Positions 27,501 through 43,787 of a stretch of 64,000 bases of DNA are shown here, piece after piece. The stretch's first letter is position 1. Every line of letters starts with the position of its first letter. The notes under the pieces are model-generated. The model had not been told where the DNA came from. It made no database searches and was given only the letters and a program-made list of their open reading frames with translations. Position numbers and translations under genes: made by a program. Source of the DNA: the human T2T-CHM13v2.0 reference genome, Homo sapiens. The DNA is taken from the NCBI RefSeq assembly GCF_009914755.1, contig NC_060933.1. The stretch is one strand, 5' to 3'.

Positions 27501-29166
27501 CAACCTATAACACAGACCTTCTTGGGGACTCTAAAAAGAAAGTACTAGAGAATTATTTAGATTATTTACTTTCACAAGGGATTTACATTATTGTGTGGCT
27601 GGAAACTAAGAGTGTTGTTAAGAGAGATCTGTTTAAGGCTTTCAACAGTTGCTGTTGTAAGCCCCATCCTTGCTCAAAAGAGACTTAATGAAATTATTTG
27701 GCGACCTCGACATATGGTCCAACAGTAAGGAAAAACACACTGGACCAGAATCTTACGCCTTCTTGGGAAATGTATAGGATGAAAGACTGGCTGACTATCC
27801 ACTTAGGTGGCAGAACAAAGGAAGCAACTGTGGCTTTGGGAATCATTTTCACTCCCATATATGTCTCAGAAAGAGAATGCTTGAGTGGATCTTGTGGATT
27901 GTCTGTGGGCAATGTAGCAGAGAGGGGTACCTATGCACAGACTTCTAGGGGGGTGATATGGGCATTAGGAGTAAAATATAACTATGGAGTGAATCGCTAC
28001 AAGAAAGACATAGTCAACCTCAAGACTGAACCAGATATACTAACATCAAGGTTGTGCGTGTGTGCGTGTGTGTGTGTGCATGGCTACGTGCTCTTGCATG
28101 TGTTGGAGAAGGTGGAAGTTCTGCAAAACACTAATAAAATCCCCCATTAAGAAAACAGTGATATTTAAACAATTCTCAAACCCAGGCATGATAATGGCGT
28201 TGTTCGACAACCTTAGGAATTCCTTTACTTGTATTCCCTGCCCTTCCTGACCTCTACTTCTTCCTTGTTTCCGCATAAACAACAGGTGTTAAGGATAGAA
28301 ATATAATGTAGTAAAGAACAGGATACACTGTCAATTAGTAAAAGATCTATCCTGCAGCAGGAGTTTGCAGAGGGAGAATTCATTCAAGGTTTGTTCCTAT
28401 TACATAAATGTAAACTTTTTTATTGTTGAGATTGTTTTGGCAATTTATTATGAGCATAGAGCTTTCTGGTACCTAAGAATGAACAGAAAAATTCATGTGG
28501 CCTCAGAACACTTTCAACCACTTGCAAGGGAAGGGTAAGGACAAGAATGCAGATACAAATTGGAAGCCAAAAAGATGCAGTTGGTATTTGAAGCCGTAAA
28601 ACTGGACGAGATAACTCATAGGGACTAAGCCTCAACCAGGCAAATGCATGCTGCTCTTACCTCTGTGGTTCTGAGAAGCCACATGCTGTATTTCAGAAAA
28701 GCATAAAACAATAGAGAATGATGTCATTTAGCACTATCTTTTCTAATTGCAGAAATGTCAGCTATCCAGCAAATGCCTGGATCTATAGTATATTTCTTTA
28801 AAATTTGCTAAACTTTTTTAGAGAAAATAATTATTTCAATGGAAATGGAAGAATTACTTGGCAATGAGTAAAGGAATCATCCACTATATTTAAAAATATA
28901 TTAAGTTAATCTCACTTAAAATGTAGTGTAATTCTAAAAATAGAAAACCAAAGAGCACATTTTCTCACTTATAAATGGAAGCTAAATGATGAGAACACAT
29001 GGACACATACCAGGGAACAACACACAGTGGGGCCTGTCAGAGGGTGGAGGGCGAGAGAGGGAGAGGATCTGGAAAAATAACTAATGAGCTTAATAACTGG
29101 GTGATGAAATAATCTGTATAACAAACACCCATGACACAAGCTTCCCTATGTAACAAACCTGCGACT

Positions 29167-30071
29167 GGGGAGGAGCCAAGATGGCCCAATAGGAACAGCT
29201 CCAGTCTACAGCTCCCAGCGTGAGCAACGCAGAAGACGGGTGATTTCTGCATTTCCATCTGAGGTACCAGGTTCATCTCACTAGGGAGTGCCAGACAGTG
29301 GGCACAGGTCAGTGGGTGCGTGCACCATGCGCGAGCCGAAGCAGGGCAAGGCATTGCCTCACTCCGGACGCGCAAGGGGTCAGGGAGTTCCCTTTCCGAG
29401 TCAAAGAAAGGGGTAACACACGGCACCTGGAAAATCGGGTCGCTCCCACCCGAATACTGCGCTTTTCCGACGGGCTTAAAAAACAGTGCACCACGAGATT
29501 ATATCCGGCACCTGGCTCGGAGGGTCCTACGCCCACGGAATCTCGCTGATTGCTAGCACAGCAGTCTGAGATCAAACTGCAAGCCAGCAGCGAGGATGGG
29601 GGAGGGGCGCCCACCCTTGCCCAGGCTTGCTTAGGTAAACAAAGCAGCCAGGAAGCTCGAACTGGGTGGAGCCCACCACAGCTCAAGGAGGCCTGGCTGC
29701 CTCTGTAGGCTCCACCTCTGGGGGCAGGGCACAGACAAACAAAAAGACAGCAGTAACCTCTGCAGACTTAAATGTCCCTGTCTGACAGCTTTGAAGAGAG
29801 CAGTGGTTCTCCCAGCACGCAGCTGGAGATCTGAGAACAGGCAGACTGCCTCCTCAAGTGGGTCCCTGACCCCGACCCCCGAGCAGCCTAACTGGGAGGC
29901 ACCCCCCAGCAGGGGCACACTGACACCTCACACAGCAGGGTACTCCAACAGACCTGCAGCTGAGGGTCCTGTCTGTTAGAAGGAAAACTAACAAACAGAA
30001 AGGACATCCACACCAAAAACCCATCTGTACATCACCATCATCAAAGACCAAAAGTAGATAAAACCACAAAG
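29167..30071 (+). promoter_or_regulatory. L1 5'UTR (internal sense promoter and antisense promoter region)
   Basis: YY1 motif CAAGATGGC retained near the 5' end; CpG-rich relative to the window; activity not demonstrated. Confidence 0.75.
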
Positions 30072-31088
30072 ATGGGGAAAAAACAGAACAGAAAAACTGG
30101 AAACTCTAAAAAGCAGAGTGCCTCTCCTCCTCCAAAGGAACGCAATTCCTCACCAGCAACGGAACAAAGCTGGACGGAGAATGACTTCGACGAGCTGAGA
30201 GAAGAAGGCTTCAGACGATCAAATTACTCTGAGCTACGGGAGGACATTCAAACCAAAGGCAAAGAAGTTGAAAACTTTGAAAAAAATTTAGAAGAATGTA
30301 TAACTAGAATAACCAACACAGAGAAGTGCTTAAAGGAGCTGATGGAGCTGAAAACGAAGGCTCGAGAACTACGTGAAGAATGCAGAAGCCTCAGGAGCCG
30401 ATGCGATCAACTGGAAGAAAGGGTATCACCAATGGAAGATGAAATGAATGAAATGAAGTGAGAAGGGAAGTTTAGAGAAAAAAGAATAAAAAGAAATGAG
30501 CAAAGCCTCCAAGAAATATGGGACTATGTGAAAAGACCAAATCTACGTCTGATTGGTGTACCTGAAAGTGATGGGGAGAATGGAACCAAGTTCGAAAACA
30601 CTCTGCAGGATATTATCCAGGAGAACTTCCCCAATCTAGCAAGGCAGGCCAACGTTCAGATTCAGGAAATACAGAGAATGCCACAAAGATATGCCTCGAG
30701 AAGAGCAACTCCAAAACACATAATTGTCAGATTCACCAAAGTTGAAATGAAGGAAAAAATGTTAAGGGCAGCCAGAGAGAAAGGTCGGGTTACCCTCAAA
30801 GGGAAGCCCATCAGACTAACAGCGGATCTCTTGGCAGAAACCCTACAAGCCAGAAGAGAGTGGGGGCCAATATTCAACATTCTTAAAGAAAAGAATTTTC
30901 AACCCAGAATTTCATATCCAGCCAAACTAAGCTTCATAAGTGAAGGAGAAATAAAATACTTTACAGACAAGCAAATGCTGAGAGATTTTGTCACCACCAG
31001 GCCTGCCCTAAAAGAGCTCCTGAAGGAAGCGCTAAACATGGAAAGGAACAACTGGTACCAGCCACTGCAAAATCATGCCAAAACGTAA
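30072..31088 (+). pseudogene. L1 ORF1 (338 codons) with a single nonsense codon at 30459-30461
   Basis: MGKKQNRKTGNSK...EMNEMK* then in-frame continuation KRPNLRLIGVPE...LQNHAKT; the stop is TGA at a consensus CGA (Arg130). Confidence 0.95.
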
Positions 31089-31136
31089 AAACCATCGAGT
31101 CTAGGAAGTAACTGCATCAACTAACGAGCAAAATAA

Positions 31137-33158
<2,022 letters not shown>

Positions 33159-35624
33159 TAGTTTAATTAGTGGGTGCAGCACACCAGCATGGCACATGTA
33201 CACATATGTAACTAACCTGCACAATGTGCACATGTACCCTAAAACTTAAACTATAATAAAAATAAAAATAAAAAATAAAAAATAGAAAATAAAAATAAAA
33301 AAAAAAAAAACCTGCACATGTACCACCGAACTTAAAAGTTTTAAAAAATTTAGTGTAATCCTAGCAAGTATGGAAGGAGAAACCAGATGCTGAAGCTATG
33401 GGATACAATAGGGGGGAAATGTAAATTTTGACTCATACAAATGTACTGTTGAATCCAGGCTTCAGCAATTTTAAAGTTATGAAACAGAAATGCGCCTAAA
33501 TGGCAAAATATATCTGCCTCATGTGGCTACTGTACAGGTATGTGAAGTGATTCAGGCAAAGAACCTGTGTAGTATTTATAAAAATATTAGTTTTTTCCCC
33601 TAATAATTGTAAAGAATGTATATTTTCAATTCATACTTTCTAAATATAGTATTGCTAAGTATATATAAGCATACTGATCTGAAAACCTCACCCTTAAATC
33701 TTTAATACAGCTAGTGTAATACTTACAAAATGCTTACTTCAGTCATGCAGGCATATTAAGATTCTTTGCACTGTTATTTAAATGATTGGTAGGCTTTGAA
33801 GACAGATTTCACTTCATTTAAAAGATTTCAGTCTCACAGGCTCTGCTGCTCACCCCCAGGGCATCCTTTCCCCATGGCTGATTGATTCATTACACTGTTG
33901 TTACAGTTCATTAAAAGAATGAGGGATGCTGATAATTCAGCAGATGCAATTCGCTGGCCTCTGTATGAGTCACCTACCACTGTGAGTTTTGCCCTGTGAA
34001 ACAGGACAGCATAATGTGGGAGAGTAAAGAAAAAAATGGTCTTTGCTTGAAGCCCTCATGTTTGGTTTAATACATCTTTTGTAAATCAAATCAGAAAAAC
34101 ATCCCCCCAAATTTTAAGTTTTGTTTGTTTGGGTTTTTGGGTAATATTTTTGACACGACTGTTTTACAGCAAGAGATAGTCACTATGACCCAGTGTAAGA
34201 TTATTTTTCTGACAACACTGATCTCTATAGCAGTAGCAACAGTGGAATTTTACTACCAAGAAAAGATCTTATATAAAGTAAGTGATGTAACATGGCAATA
34301 TCATATAGAGAAAATTGTCAGCTGACAGGTGATTACTTAGTGTGTGCTAGACAGTATGTTAAGTACTCAAAATTTAATGGTAAACATGTCAGACATAGGA
34401 TGTGAAAGAAGGATAGTAGGTACTGTAGAGTGTTGCATTACCGGTCTTGCTACCAGTTAATGATAAAGGGTAAAGATAGACTTGCTAGGAGGATTCGCAT
34501 ACTAAATACACAAGATTTGTCTGATTAGACTAGGAGGGTAAACTATTCTTTGGTGTGGTCTATGGAATCAAGGTGAGGGGGGAATTTCTGTCATTCCTAT
34601 CAGTCAGAGTTGGACCCATGGGGAGAAGATTTTATTTTTATTCTGGGTTCCATCATCTGGTCCATTTGGAGGAACTTAGGATGTCAGATTTGATAATCTG
34701 TGGTGTACTGTTTCATCTAAATCCAGAACATATGAGAAAAGCCTGAACCTGTGTAGCCCTTTGGCCAGCTGCTTGATCATAGAAAAGGGGACGGCATGGT
34801 ACCCTCAACGTTTGTAATTTAAGAGTTTTTCTGTGAAGTAAGAGAGGAGAGCAGCACCTACAGAATGAAGATGACAGTCAAGGGAAAATTAGGAGATGAC
34901 TAACGTTTGTTTCCAACAGAATGCCAGAAACTTTATGCAGACAGCAGTGTAAAATCTGTCAAAGAGTAATTAATCAGTTAATGTTTGCTAATTAATGAGT
35001 GATTGAATTAATGAATAAGCATCATGTGCTAGACAATTGCTTTGTGAGACATAAAAGATAGGAAAGTGGAGATGAAAAGGACAAATAAAGACTAAACACA
35101 TAATATATTTTGCTATAAATAATGCTCTATTTCAGTTTGTTGGAGAGCTGCAATTTATACTGCCACAACTTAATTTTGAAAAAAATAATTCTTAAATACT
35201 GAGAAGAACTATGGAGAATTCTAATGAAAAAAAAATTCATTAACATACTAAAATAGAAAGCAATCAATCATTGGCTAACTCAGCTGAAATAAAAGAGAAA
35301 TTGAATATTTGCATACTGTTCACTTTAATAAAGAAAGTTTACATAATTTATCTCTCCTAATTCTTTTTCATTCTTAGCTATCAAATCGGTCTTTTACAAA
35401 CTACTTACATGAAGACAAAAGTGCTGACTGCATATTTTCAGAATTTCAGTCACCATCAACTTCTCCTGTCCGTCAAACATGCAGGAACAAAGTACAAAAG
35501 TATGTAATATTAAATTATTATCTTTGTTATCCTAATTAATTACCTAAATGATTTTAGAAGTGTGTACAGCTTCCCAAACAAGAAAGCTTTTCAAAAATAT
35601 ATTTTAAGGCTTTTTTCATTATTG

Positions 35625-36176
35625 TGTTACTGGAAAGGGGGTCTGATCCAGACCCCAAGAGAGGGTTCTTGAATGTTGTGTAAGAAAGGATTTGAGGCAA
35701 GTCCACAGAGTAAGGTGAAAGCAAGTTTATTAGGAAAGCAAAGGGATAAAAGAATGACTACTCCATAGACAGAGCAGCCTCAAGGGCTGCTGGTTGTCCA
35801 CTTTTGTGGTTTTTTAAAAATTATGTGCTAAACAAGGGGTGGATTATTCATGCCTCCCCTTTTTAGACCATATTGAGTAACTTCCTGGCATTGCCATGGC
35901 ATTTGTAACCTGTCATGGCGCTGGTGGGAATGTAGCAGTGAGGATGACCAGAGGCCACACTCATCGCCATCTTGGTTTTGGTGGGTTTTAGACAGCCTCT
36001 TTACCGAAACCTGTTTAACAGCAAGGTCTTTATGACCTGTATCTTATGCTGACCTCCTATCTCATCCTGTGACTTAGAATGCCTAACCATCTGGGAATGC
36101 AGCCCAGTAGGTTTCAACCTCATTTTACCCAGCTTCTATTCAAGATGGAGTTGCTCTGGTTGAAATGCCTCTGACA
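35625..36176 (-). mobile_element. MER41A-like ERV1 solo LTR
   Basis: Minus strand begins TGTCAGAGGCATTTCAACCAGAGCAACTCCATCTTG; 552 bp; 4-bp TSD ATTG at 35621-35624 and 36177-36180. Confidence 0.9.
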
Positions 36177-36422
36177 ATTGTATTCTGAGAATCTTTATTT
36201 TCAAAACTGTGTATAGCAGAGATTTTTATGCAGTCTGGCAAGATTATGTAGACTGTAGTAAAGTTTGTTGCATGGGCTCAATATACCATGTAACAAAAGC
36301 TTTATTCTGGCACTGTCCAAGTCAGAATTTTATATCCCAGAAATATAGTACTTTATCATACTATAATGGTCAGGAATTTTCTTTTATCTGGTTCACAAAT
36401 TATGTGTTCCTTTTATGGAAAT

Positions 36423-36450
36423 TTATATATATATGTATTGTGTGTGTGTG

Positions 36451-36497
<47 letters not shown>
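36423..36497. repeat. Compound (TA)n/(TG)n microsatellite
   Basis: Seen directly. Confidence 0.95.
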
Positions 36498-36498
<1 letters not shown>

Positions 36499-36563
36499 AT
36501 CTCCAGCATGCATTATACAACCTCAATTTTCTCATCAGTAAAATGGGTCAGATAGATAATAAT

Positions 36564-36744
36564 CAGATGCTCAACTTACTATAGGATTATGTCCCCAACT
36601 ATTTAAAAATATTTTCAGTTTACAATGGTTTTATACTGACATAACCCCATCTTAAGTTACTGAGCTGCTGAATGTTTATCGCTTTTGTACAATAAGAAAT
36701 CCAAAGAATCTTCAATTGAAGCATCATAAATCGGGGACCATCTG
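36564..36744 (+). mobile_element. MER47-like Tigger-derived MITE, rearranged
   Basis: Termini CAGATGCTC..AACTTAC and ..AAATCGGGGACCATCTG resemble MER47 TIRs. Confidence 0.6.
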
Positions 36745-39700
36745 TGTAGTTAACTTGCTAGTCTTTGCCATACGAAAATTCCTTAAACACACAAATGATT
36801 GCATGACTTAATAAATCTGAATTTTTAATTACTTCCTAATTTACATAGAAAATAGTTTAACCACTACAGCTATCAATTCTAAATCACCCAGGGTAGAATC
36901 CAGGGCATTCCATAATAATGCAGAGATTATAGGAAATATAGCTTCTGATGGGTAGTGTATTACTTGGGCATGAGGATGCAATGGCAATTAGGGATGAGAA
37001 GAAACTTTTCATTCAAAAATTAAAATGGCTTTTATCATTATGAAGACATGTATTATTTAGAAAATGAAAAGTCCAGGCTGCTGTAGAAACTGAAATTTCC
37101 CTTGCATTTGTATACCTTTCTTTTACATAGGAGATCTGTAGTTTTGTATGTAGAGTCACCAGGCTTCTCTAGTTTCACTTGGGCATATGCAAAACCTCTT
37201 AGATCTCTAGTCCTTCAAGCACTGCCTGAGATCCATTGTTATACTTGTCACATTAAGAGCCTCATGATCAGATTTTGCCTTGTGCTTAACTGTAATGCAT
37301 AATGTTAGAGATGCTGATAACAAAAGTCCTGTGTTACTAAGTACGCAGTGAAGAAGAGTGACTCACAGGGCTTAGCATAATGTTTACCTTTCCCTCACTA
37401 GAAAAAAATATTTTATAATCTTGATGAAATAAATATCACATGGAACAATCAGGTAATCTTGACCACATTTATTGTGCTTTTGTTTTGAGCCTATAGTTTC
37501 ACCAACAGACCATTTCAAAATCAATTCCAATTTTACAAAATTTGGTTTTAAAATATATTACTCCCCTGGGCCAAATTTTAATTTAAGTTTTCTAGTGAGT
37601 TATGTACTTGAGGCCTTTGCAGGCTGCTCTGTGTATTTAGAGCATAAGAATTCATGAGACAACCTCAGCATTCTCATTAGAAACAGCATGTCCAAAATCA
37701 TTACTGTATCTGCAGGCTCCTTAGCTAATAGACACAGAAATCTAATGCAGACCTAGTAATATATTTCAGTTGTCCTTGTTGGTCTATATACCTTCTCAAA
37801 AAGAAAACCCATATATTTTGATGAGGATAAATTATAATTCTTTTTCCCAAGTCAGTTTTGTCTCTAATGAGCTTGAACCGGCAATGGTGTTATGCAATCA
37901 GCACATCAAAACTAATGATGGTTTATGTGTGAGACACAAAAGCTTAAAATCAGTTACCTACGAGTTTTATAATTGTTGCCAAAAGTCTACAGGTCTGTGT
38001 TCCATTTAAAAAAAATACTTCCTAAACTAAAAGAAACAGAAGCCTGATACAAAAATAATGTATACAGAATAATTTCATTTATATAAAGATCCAACATAGA
38101 CATGACTGATCTTGAATGTTAGAAGTCAGGTTAGTAGTTAATTACACTTAGGAAGAAAAAAAAAGACTAATAATTGTGAGCAGACAGAAAAGGAGCTTAT
38201 GAGATGATGATAATATTTCATTTCTTTACCTGAATAAAGGTTATGTGTAGATGTTCATATTGCAGACTTAGGATTTGTGCACTTTTCTGTGTGTATGTTA
38301 TCAGCAATAAAAATGCTTTGAAACTTGTAAGCTGTATGATAATTCCATAAAGTTGAAATCAATTGTCAGAGGATTTCTTAACTGCTACCATTGTGTCTAC
38401 ATCTCAGTCTTCTCTTTGTATAAAGAAAAAAACAAAAACAAAATATAGCCTTGCCCATTTAGGGGCACAGAATGAGTTTATGAGAATACTAATAGTTATG
38501 TCTTTGTTCCAAGAAGATTATTTCTGCAAAATTGTTATTATTATCCATTTTATCTATACAATTCCAAAAGAAGCTAGTAAATGAAAAATTCTTTATAAGC
38601 TCCCAAAGGGATTATTTTAAACTATCCTCTCCTATGTTCATTAACAATTGAATATATATGGCTTTTCAACTCATGGGCTAGAATAAAAATAACAGCTTAT
38701 TTATGATAGTTAAGACAATGAGAATGGATGAAACTGCCTAGAGAGAGAGAGAGAGAGCATAAAGTGAGAACAAAATTTGTTCTATAACACAATTGTGAGA
38801 AATGTCAAGATTTGAAAAGCAGATGGGGGAAGACAATACAGTAGAAAATAGTGAAGAGCAACAGTTATCTGAGTAGGTAAACCATAGCAATGTGTCATCA
38901 GAGTCCGCTGATGATAGATCTAAGCAGAGGGGAGATCGAAAGTCTAAAATGAGGCAAGTGCAGAGTCAACAAAAAAAGTTGCTGTCCTTAAGCATGTGTA
39001 AAAGCTAAAAGAAAGAAGGTAGTAAAGGTAAAGTTAAAAATCCATGTGAAAATGGAAACCGAGAATCCAGGGGTAAGAAATTTACTTTAATCAAAGTTAT
39101 AACTTATCTAATAGTTACTAAATGCTACATCTTCTAGTTATATTGTCTGGTATGATTTTACCTTGATACTAGGAGAAAGAATTTAATCACTGTTTTACTG
39201 ATTACTGTACAAAAACATCATCCTTAGGGCAATTAGAATGATCTGTGAAGCTACTCACACATCTACCATACCATCACTCCGTGCTAATTTATCTCCTATT
39301 GATCATGGAAAGTTTCCAGGAATCTTTTAATTTTATTCTGGTCTATGTTTTAGCATGATATTTTTAGAATACCTGTTATTTTTCTCATGTGTTGGTGTTT
39401 TTGTTAAGTAGGTTTTGGCTAAGATCAGTACCTGGTTTTATGCCTCACAAAACTAAAATATATATGAAAATTATGCAAATTAAATATTTTATTAAAGCAT
39501 TTCAGAATAAACTCCTTTGTTTATAATTATAAACGCTTTCATTGTAATTGATTTCACAGTAACAAGTAAATACAACTTAAAACATCGAACAGGTAAAAAC
39601 AGAATTTTAAGAATCTTCCAACAAGCAAAGATTCTAACATTATATGCATTGATTTGATTAGTCATATTCATGAAGATCAATTAATATAACAAGGGAGAAA

Positions 39701-40149
39701 GGCACATTTACAAAGGAGGCACTTTAGTCCATATGCTTCAAAATGGAAACAGACAGTATCTTCAGGAGGACTGTTTCAAGGATTCTAAATACAGAACAAG
39801 ATTTAATTTTTGTAAATGCTTAGATTCTAATTTTATCTAAAATATTATTTTAAACGACTATAATTTTGAAACTTCTTGTCCTTCTGGAGCTGAATCAATA
39901 GCCTTTTCTTCCCCTATCTGTAATGTGTAGGGACTTTATTTTTAAGGGTATGGGCAGAATTTTATTTGTATGAACTGAATTAGAAAGTGCAGGGGCTAAA
40001 TAAAAATCCACTTCTAAGAACTGAGAGAGAAAGTGCAGAAGCTAATACTAATATACGGTATAATTGATTTTTAAGAAAGGAATATAAAGTCTATAATGGT
40101 TCCTTTTGTATTAATTATGTCACATTGTACGTTCAAATTATTTAATATC

Positions 40150-40660
40150 TTTCTTTTCCTAAGGTCCTTAGAATGTTAAACAGGTCTTTTATGGTTTATA
40201 TTCTTAATGCTTTCAGCCTCATCTCTCATCAGGCCCTTTTGAACTCTATGCTTAGGCTGTACCAAACTATCTGCAGTTTTCCAAATGTCCCAGACCATTT
40301 CAAATCTCTATACATTTGCATATTTAAAGCCTGTATAAATATGAGCTTCTTCTTGTACCTGAAATGCCTTCTCTCCTTATCTACTTAGTCATCAATCACG
40401 TTAAACCTATTCTTTAGAGCCCTTTCTGAAATCTCTCTCCTTACACAAAATTGCCTCCTCTCTCCATTGTGCCCCAAGCAGATACTGATGCAGATTTCAA
40501 ACTCGGTGTCTTTTATGTTCTATCACATTTGCTTAAGCCTCCTGCACTTGTAGTATCTTGAGTACTTTGAAGACAAGGATCATGACTGAGACACCTTAGC
40601 ATCTCTCATATCTCTAGCACCTTGTATAGTGCTGAATACCATTAAACATATATGTGGAAT
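40150..40660 (+). mobile_element. L2 3' fragment
   Basis: Pyrimidine-rich tract ending TTTGAAGACAAGGATCATG...TCTAGCAC..ATAGTGCTG, like the L2 3' end. Confidence 0.55.
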
Positions 40661-40679
40661 AAAGAAGCGAGAAATAGAC

Positions 40680-41600
40680 TTACTCAAATATGTTATATTA
40701 AGTGCTTTTTGACAAAGATACAAAACCAATTCAATGGAGAGAATATAGCCTATTCAACAAGTGGTGCTGGGGCAATTGGACTTGTATAGGCAAACAAACA
40801 AACAAACAAAAACAAAAAACAACCAGAATCCGAATGGAAACCTTACAACATATATAAAATTTAACTCCAAATGGATCATAGACTTACATAAAAATATAAA
40901 TGTCATCAGGGAAATGCAAATGAAAATTACAACAAAATGTCGCTACACACTCATGAGAATGACAAAAATAATTTTAAAAGGGACAATACCACATACTGGC
41001 AAGAATGCAGAGAAACAGTATCACTCATAGATTGCTGATGGGAATGTAAATTTGTACAGACATTCTGGAAAACAGTTGGGCAGTTTCTCATATAAATAAA
41101 TATGAAACTACCATAAGACTCAGCAATTGTATTCTTTGACATTTTCCCCAGAGGGGTGAAACTTGTTTACAAGTTTTCATAGCAGCTTTATTCATAATAA
41201 CCCGAAACTGGAAAACCCACTTGTCCCTCAGTAGGTGAAAGGTTAAACAAACTGTAATGCATATGCACTATGGAATACTACAAAGAAATAAAAAGAAATG
41301 AGCTATTGATATGTATAACAACTTGGATGACTACGGGGAATTATGCTGTGTGAAGAAGGCCAATTATAACATCGTGGTGGATACAGGAACACATACATGT
41401 GATACAACCGTATAGAATACACACACACAATGACAACTGAAACTGGGAAAATCTGAATAAGATCAGATGACATTATCAATGTCAATATCCTAGTTGTACT
41501 ACAGTTTTGCAAAAACTCAAAAAGGGTACATGGTGTCTTTCTGTGGTATTCTTATAATCGTATATGAATCTACAATTATCTCAATAAAATTGTCATTAAA
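40680..41600 (+). mobile_element. L1M (MC/MD-type) 3' fragments
   Basis: TTCAACAAGTGGTGCTGG, REMQMKITTK peptide, TATGAATCTACAATTATCTCAA 3' end. Confidence 0.7.
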
Positions 41601-41820
41601 AATATTAGTTGAATAACTTTCCTGGTTTTCTTCACACAAATATCCAGGAATTTAAGTATACTTTACAGGAGGAATAGGGAAAAGTATAGTTAGTACACCT
41701 CCCTGGAAGTGGAAAAATAAAGAAATTAACTTTTAGCTCTTCTAATTGGAGAAAGAAGCTTCTACCAAGAAAAATCAAAGGACAATATAATAAAATTCAC
41801 AGAACTTATTAGATTAACCA

Positions 41821-41827
<7 letters not shown>

Positions 41828-41852
<25 letters not shown>

Positions 41853-41869
41853 CGCGTGTGTGTGTGTGT
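41828..41869. repeat. (TG)n microsatellite with a CG interruption
   Basis: Seen directly. Confidence 0.95.
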
Positions 41870-43694
41870 ACAGTATTTGGGAGAATTCAAGTATTGACAA
41901 GTTTTTAAAACAATTTACCTGGTTATCTCATCAGATTTAGTAGATGGGTTCCTGAAAACATTAGTTGGGGGAAAAAAGCTGCAATTTTTTTAAGTAAAAA
42001 CAGAATATTAATTACAAAAACTTTGTTCATATTTTATTTTATAATTCACACAATTCATAATTAATAATTCATAATTTAATTATAAAAGTTTATTTTGTAG
42101 TAATGAGAATATTTGGAATAATTGGATAATAATGGTAAAAAATCTTTTTTAAAAATTGTAACAAGCACATCAAATTTCCTCCTACACATTATAATTAAAC
42201 TACAATATTAACCTTGTCCAAGGAAGGTTATATTTAGCCTAACACTTAACTGAATACATTTATGTAAAATTGTAAAAATACACTGTTTTACATATTCAAA
42301 GATTTCAGATGCATGTGTTTTAAATCAGTGAATATATTTTTGCCACAGGTACATTAGAATGTATCACTTAGAAAAAATTTGAAAAAACCATTATCTATGC
42401 TAATTGTTTCAGAAGGGGAATGTAATATATAAGTGGTTATACCCTTGAATTTCATATCTTTTTAAAGAATAAAAGTTATGATAAATTTGCATTGATTTTC
42501 ACTGCAGACAAATACAACAAAGAATTTTCAAAAGCACTCTGTGGGATACTAATACAGATGTGTAAGTGCAAGATACCTAAGGGCCTTTTTTTTTTCTCCT
42601 CTAAAAGGATCCAGGTAGTTGTAGCCAACGCAGCTCTTTTTATTCAATATGATAATTTTAAAAATCTATATGACAGAGATTTCATTTTATCATTAAAGTA
42701 ACAAAAGAAGGGAGCTTTAAAGATATATTTTAAATGCTTTTCTTTTATTTATTTGTGCATAATTTTTATGTTAGAGTTCCTGTTATTATTTTATAAAGCA
42801 TCATTGTTGCCCTCAAGTAAATCTCAGAAAGATGTGTACGCTACCATATTCTGCAAGAGGGAGAGCTTCCTGGTGTGAGGGCTCTAAAATTTTGACTGTA
42901 GTTTAATTGAGTAAAGAAATATGAAGCTTTCCTCACAAAAAGTATATTTCATATTTTTACTATAAAATGCATAACCATGATTAAAATAATAATGTCGAAG
43001 GCCAGGAATGGAAGAGAAAATCAAATCAAAGCATGTGGGCTGAAGACCTGGAAGCCTAAATCAGGATGCCAAATCAGGAGCAGGCAATGGAAATCAGGAC
43101 TTCGGATGCCTAAGAACACAAGGCCTAGCATATCCTACAAGTAGTAGGAAATCTGCATGGCTTTTTTTTTTCTTCCTGTTACCAGGAAGCAACAAGCTGG
43201 TAGTGTCATTACAAAGGCGCCCACCAACCTATTCAGCCTATCCAGTGTGCAGCCAGATGCAAGGTACATAAAACCTAAAGACGGAAGTAGTGAGGATAGT
43301 CAATTTGCTCAGAATCTGCTTTACGCTTTCCCCAATCTCAGGAACCACGTGTATTATCTATCCAGGAGCCTGAAACTCCAAGATATTAATACAATATCAG
43401 TTCTGTTGTATATACTGAGCAGCCTAATACAGGGATGAAAAGAGAAGGAAAAATAAATTTTCAAGAAAGCTGAGCACAGTAAAAGTTACGAAATATCAGT
43501 GTAAATGTCATGAGAGGACCAACAAGCACTAAAGCCAAATCACCCACAGATTTGTGCATAAGAATTTAAAACAACAGAACCATGTTCCAAAGGTTTAAAT
43601 ACGTACACTTAAAATTATCAAAGATGAACAAAGGAGTAACACTCATAAAGTAATTAAAAGAAGTACCATGAACTGTGGGATATAAAAAGATCTA

Positions 43695-43787
43695 CAGTTA
43701 ACCCTTGAACAATGCAGGGGTTAGGGTGACTGACCCTTGTAGTTGAAAATCCACGTGTAACTTTTGACTCCCCTACGATGTAACTAC
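43695..43787 (+). mobile_element. Tigger2a/2b-like left end only
   Basis: TA|CAGTTAACCCTTGAACAA...GAAAATCCACGTGTAACTTTTGACTCCCC. Confidence 0.7.

Noticed and set aside
27698-28150. 150-aa ORF in apparently unique sequence
   Set aside because: Non-ATG start, runs through a (TG)n microsatellite, no recognisable domain or splice structure
35625-36176. MER41 as an interferon-gamma/STAT1 enhancer
   Set aside because: Length and sequence fit MER41A; I saw no tandem TTCCGGGAA-type GAS motifs of the MER41B kind
43010-43110. AAATCAGGA occurring three times
   Set aside because: Short and irregularly spaced; probably part of a decayed repeat or chance
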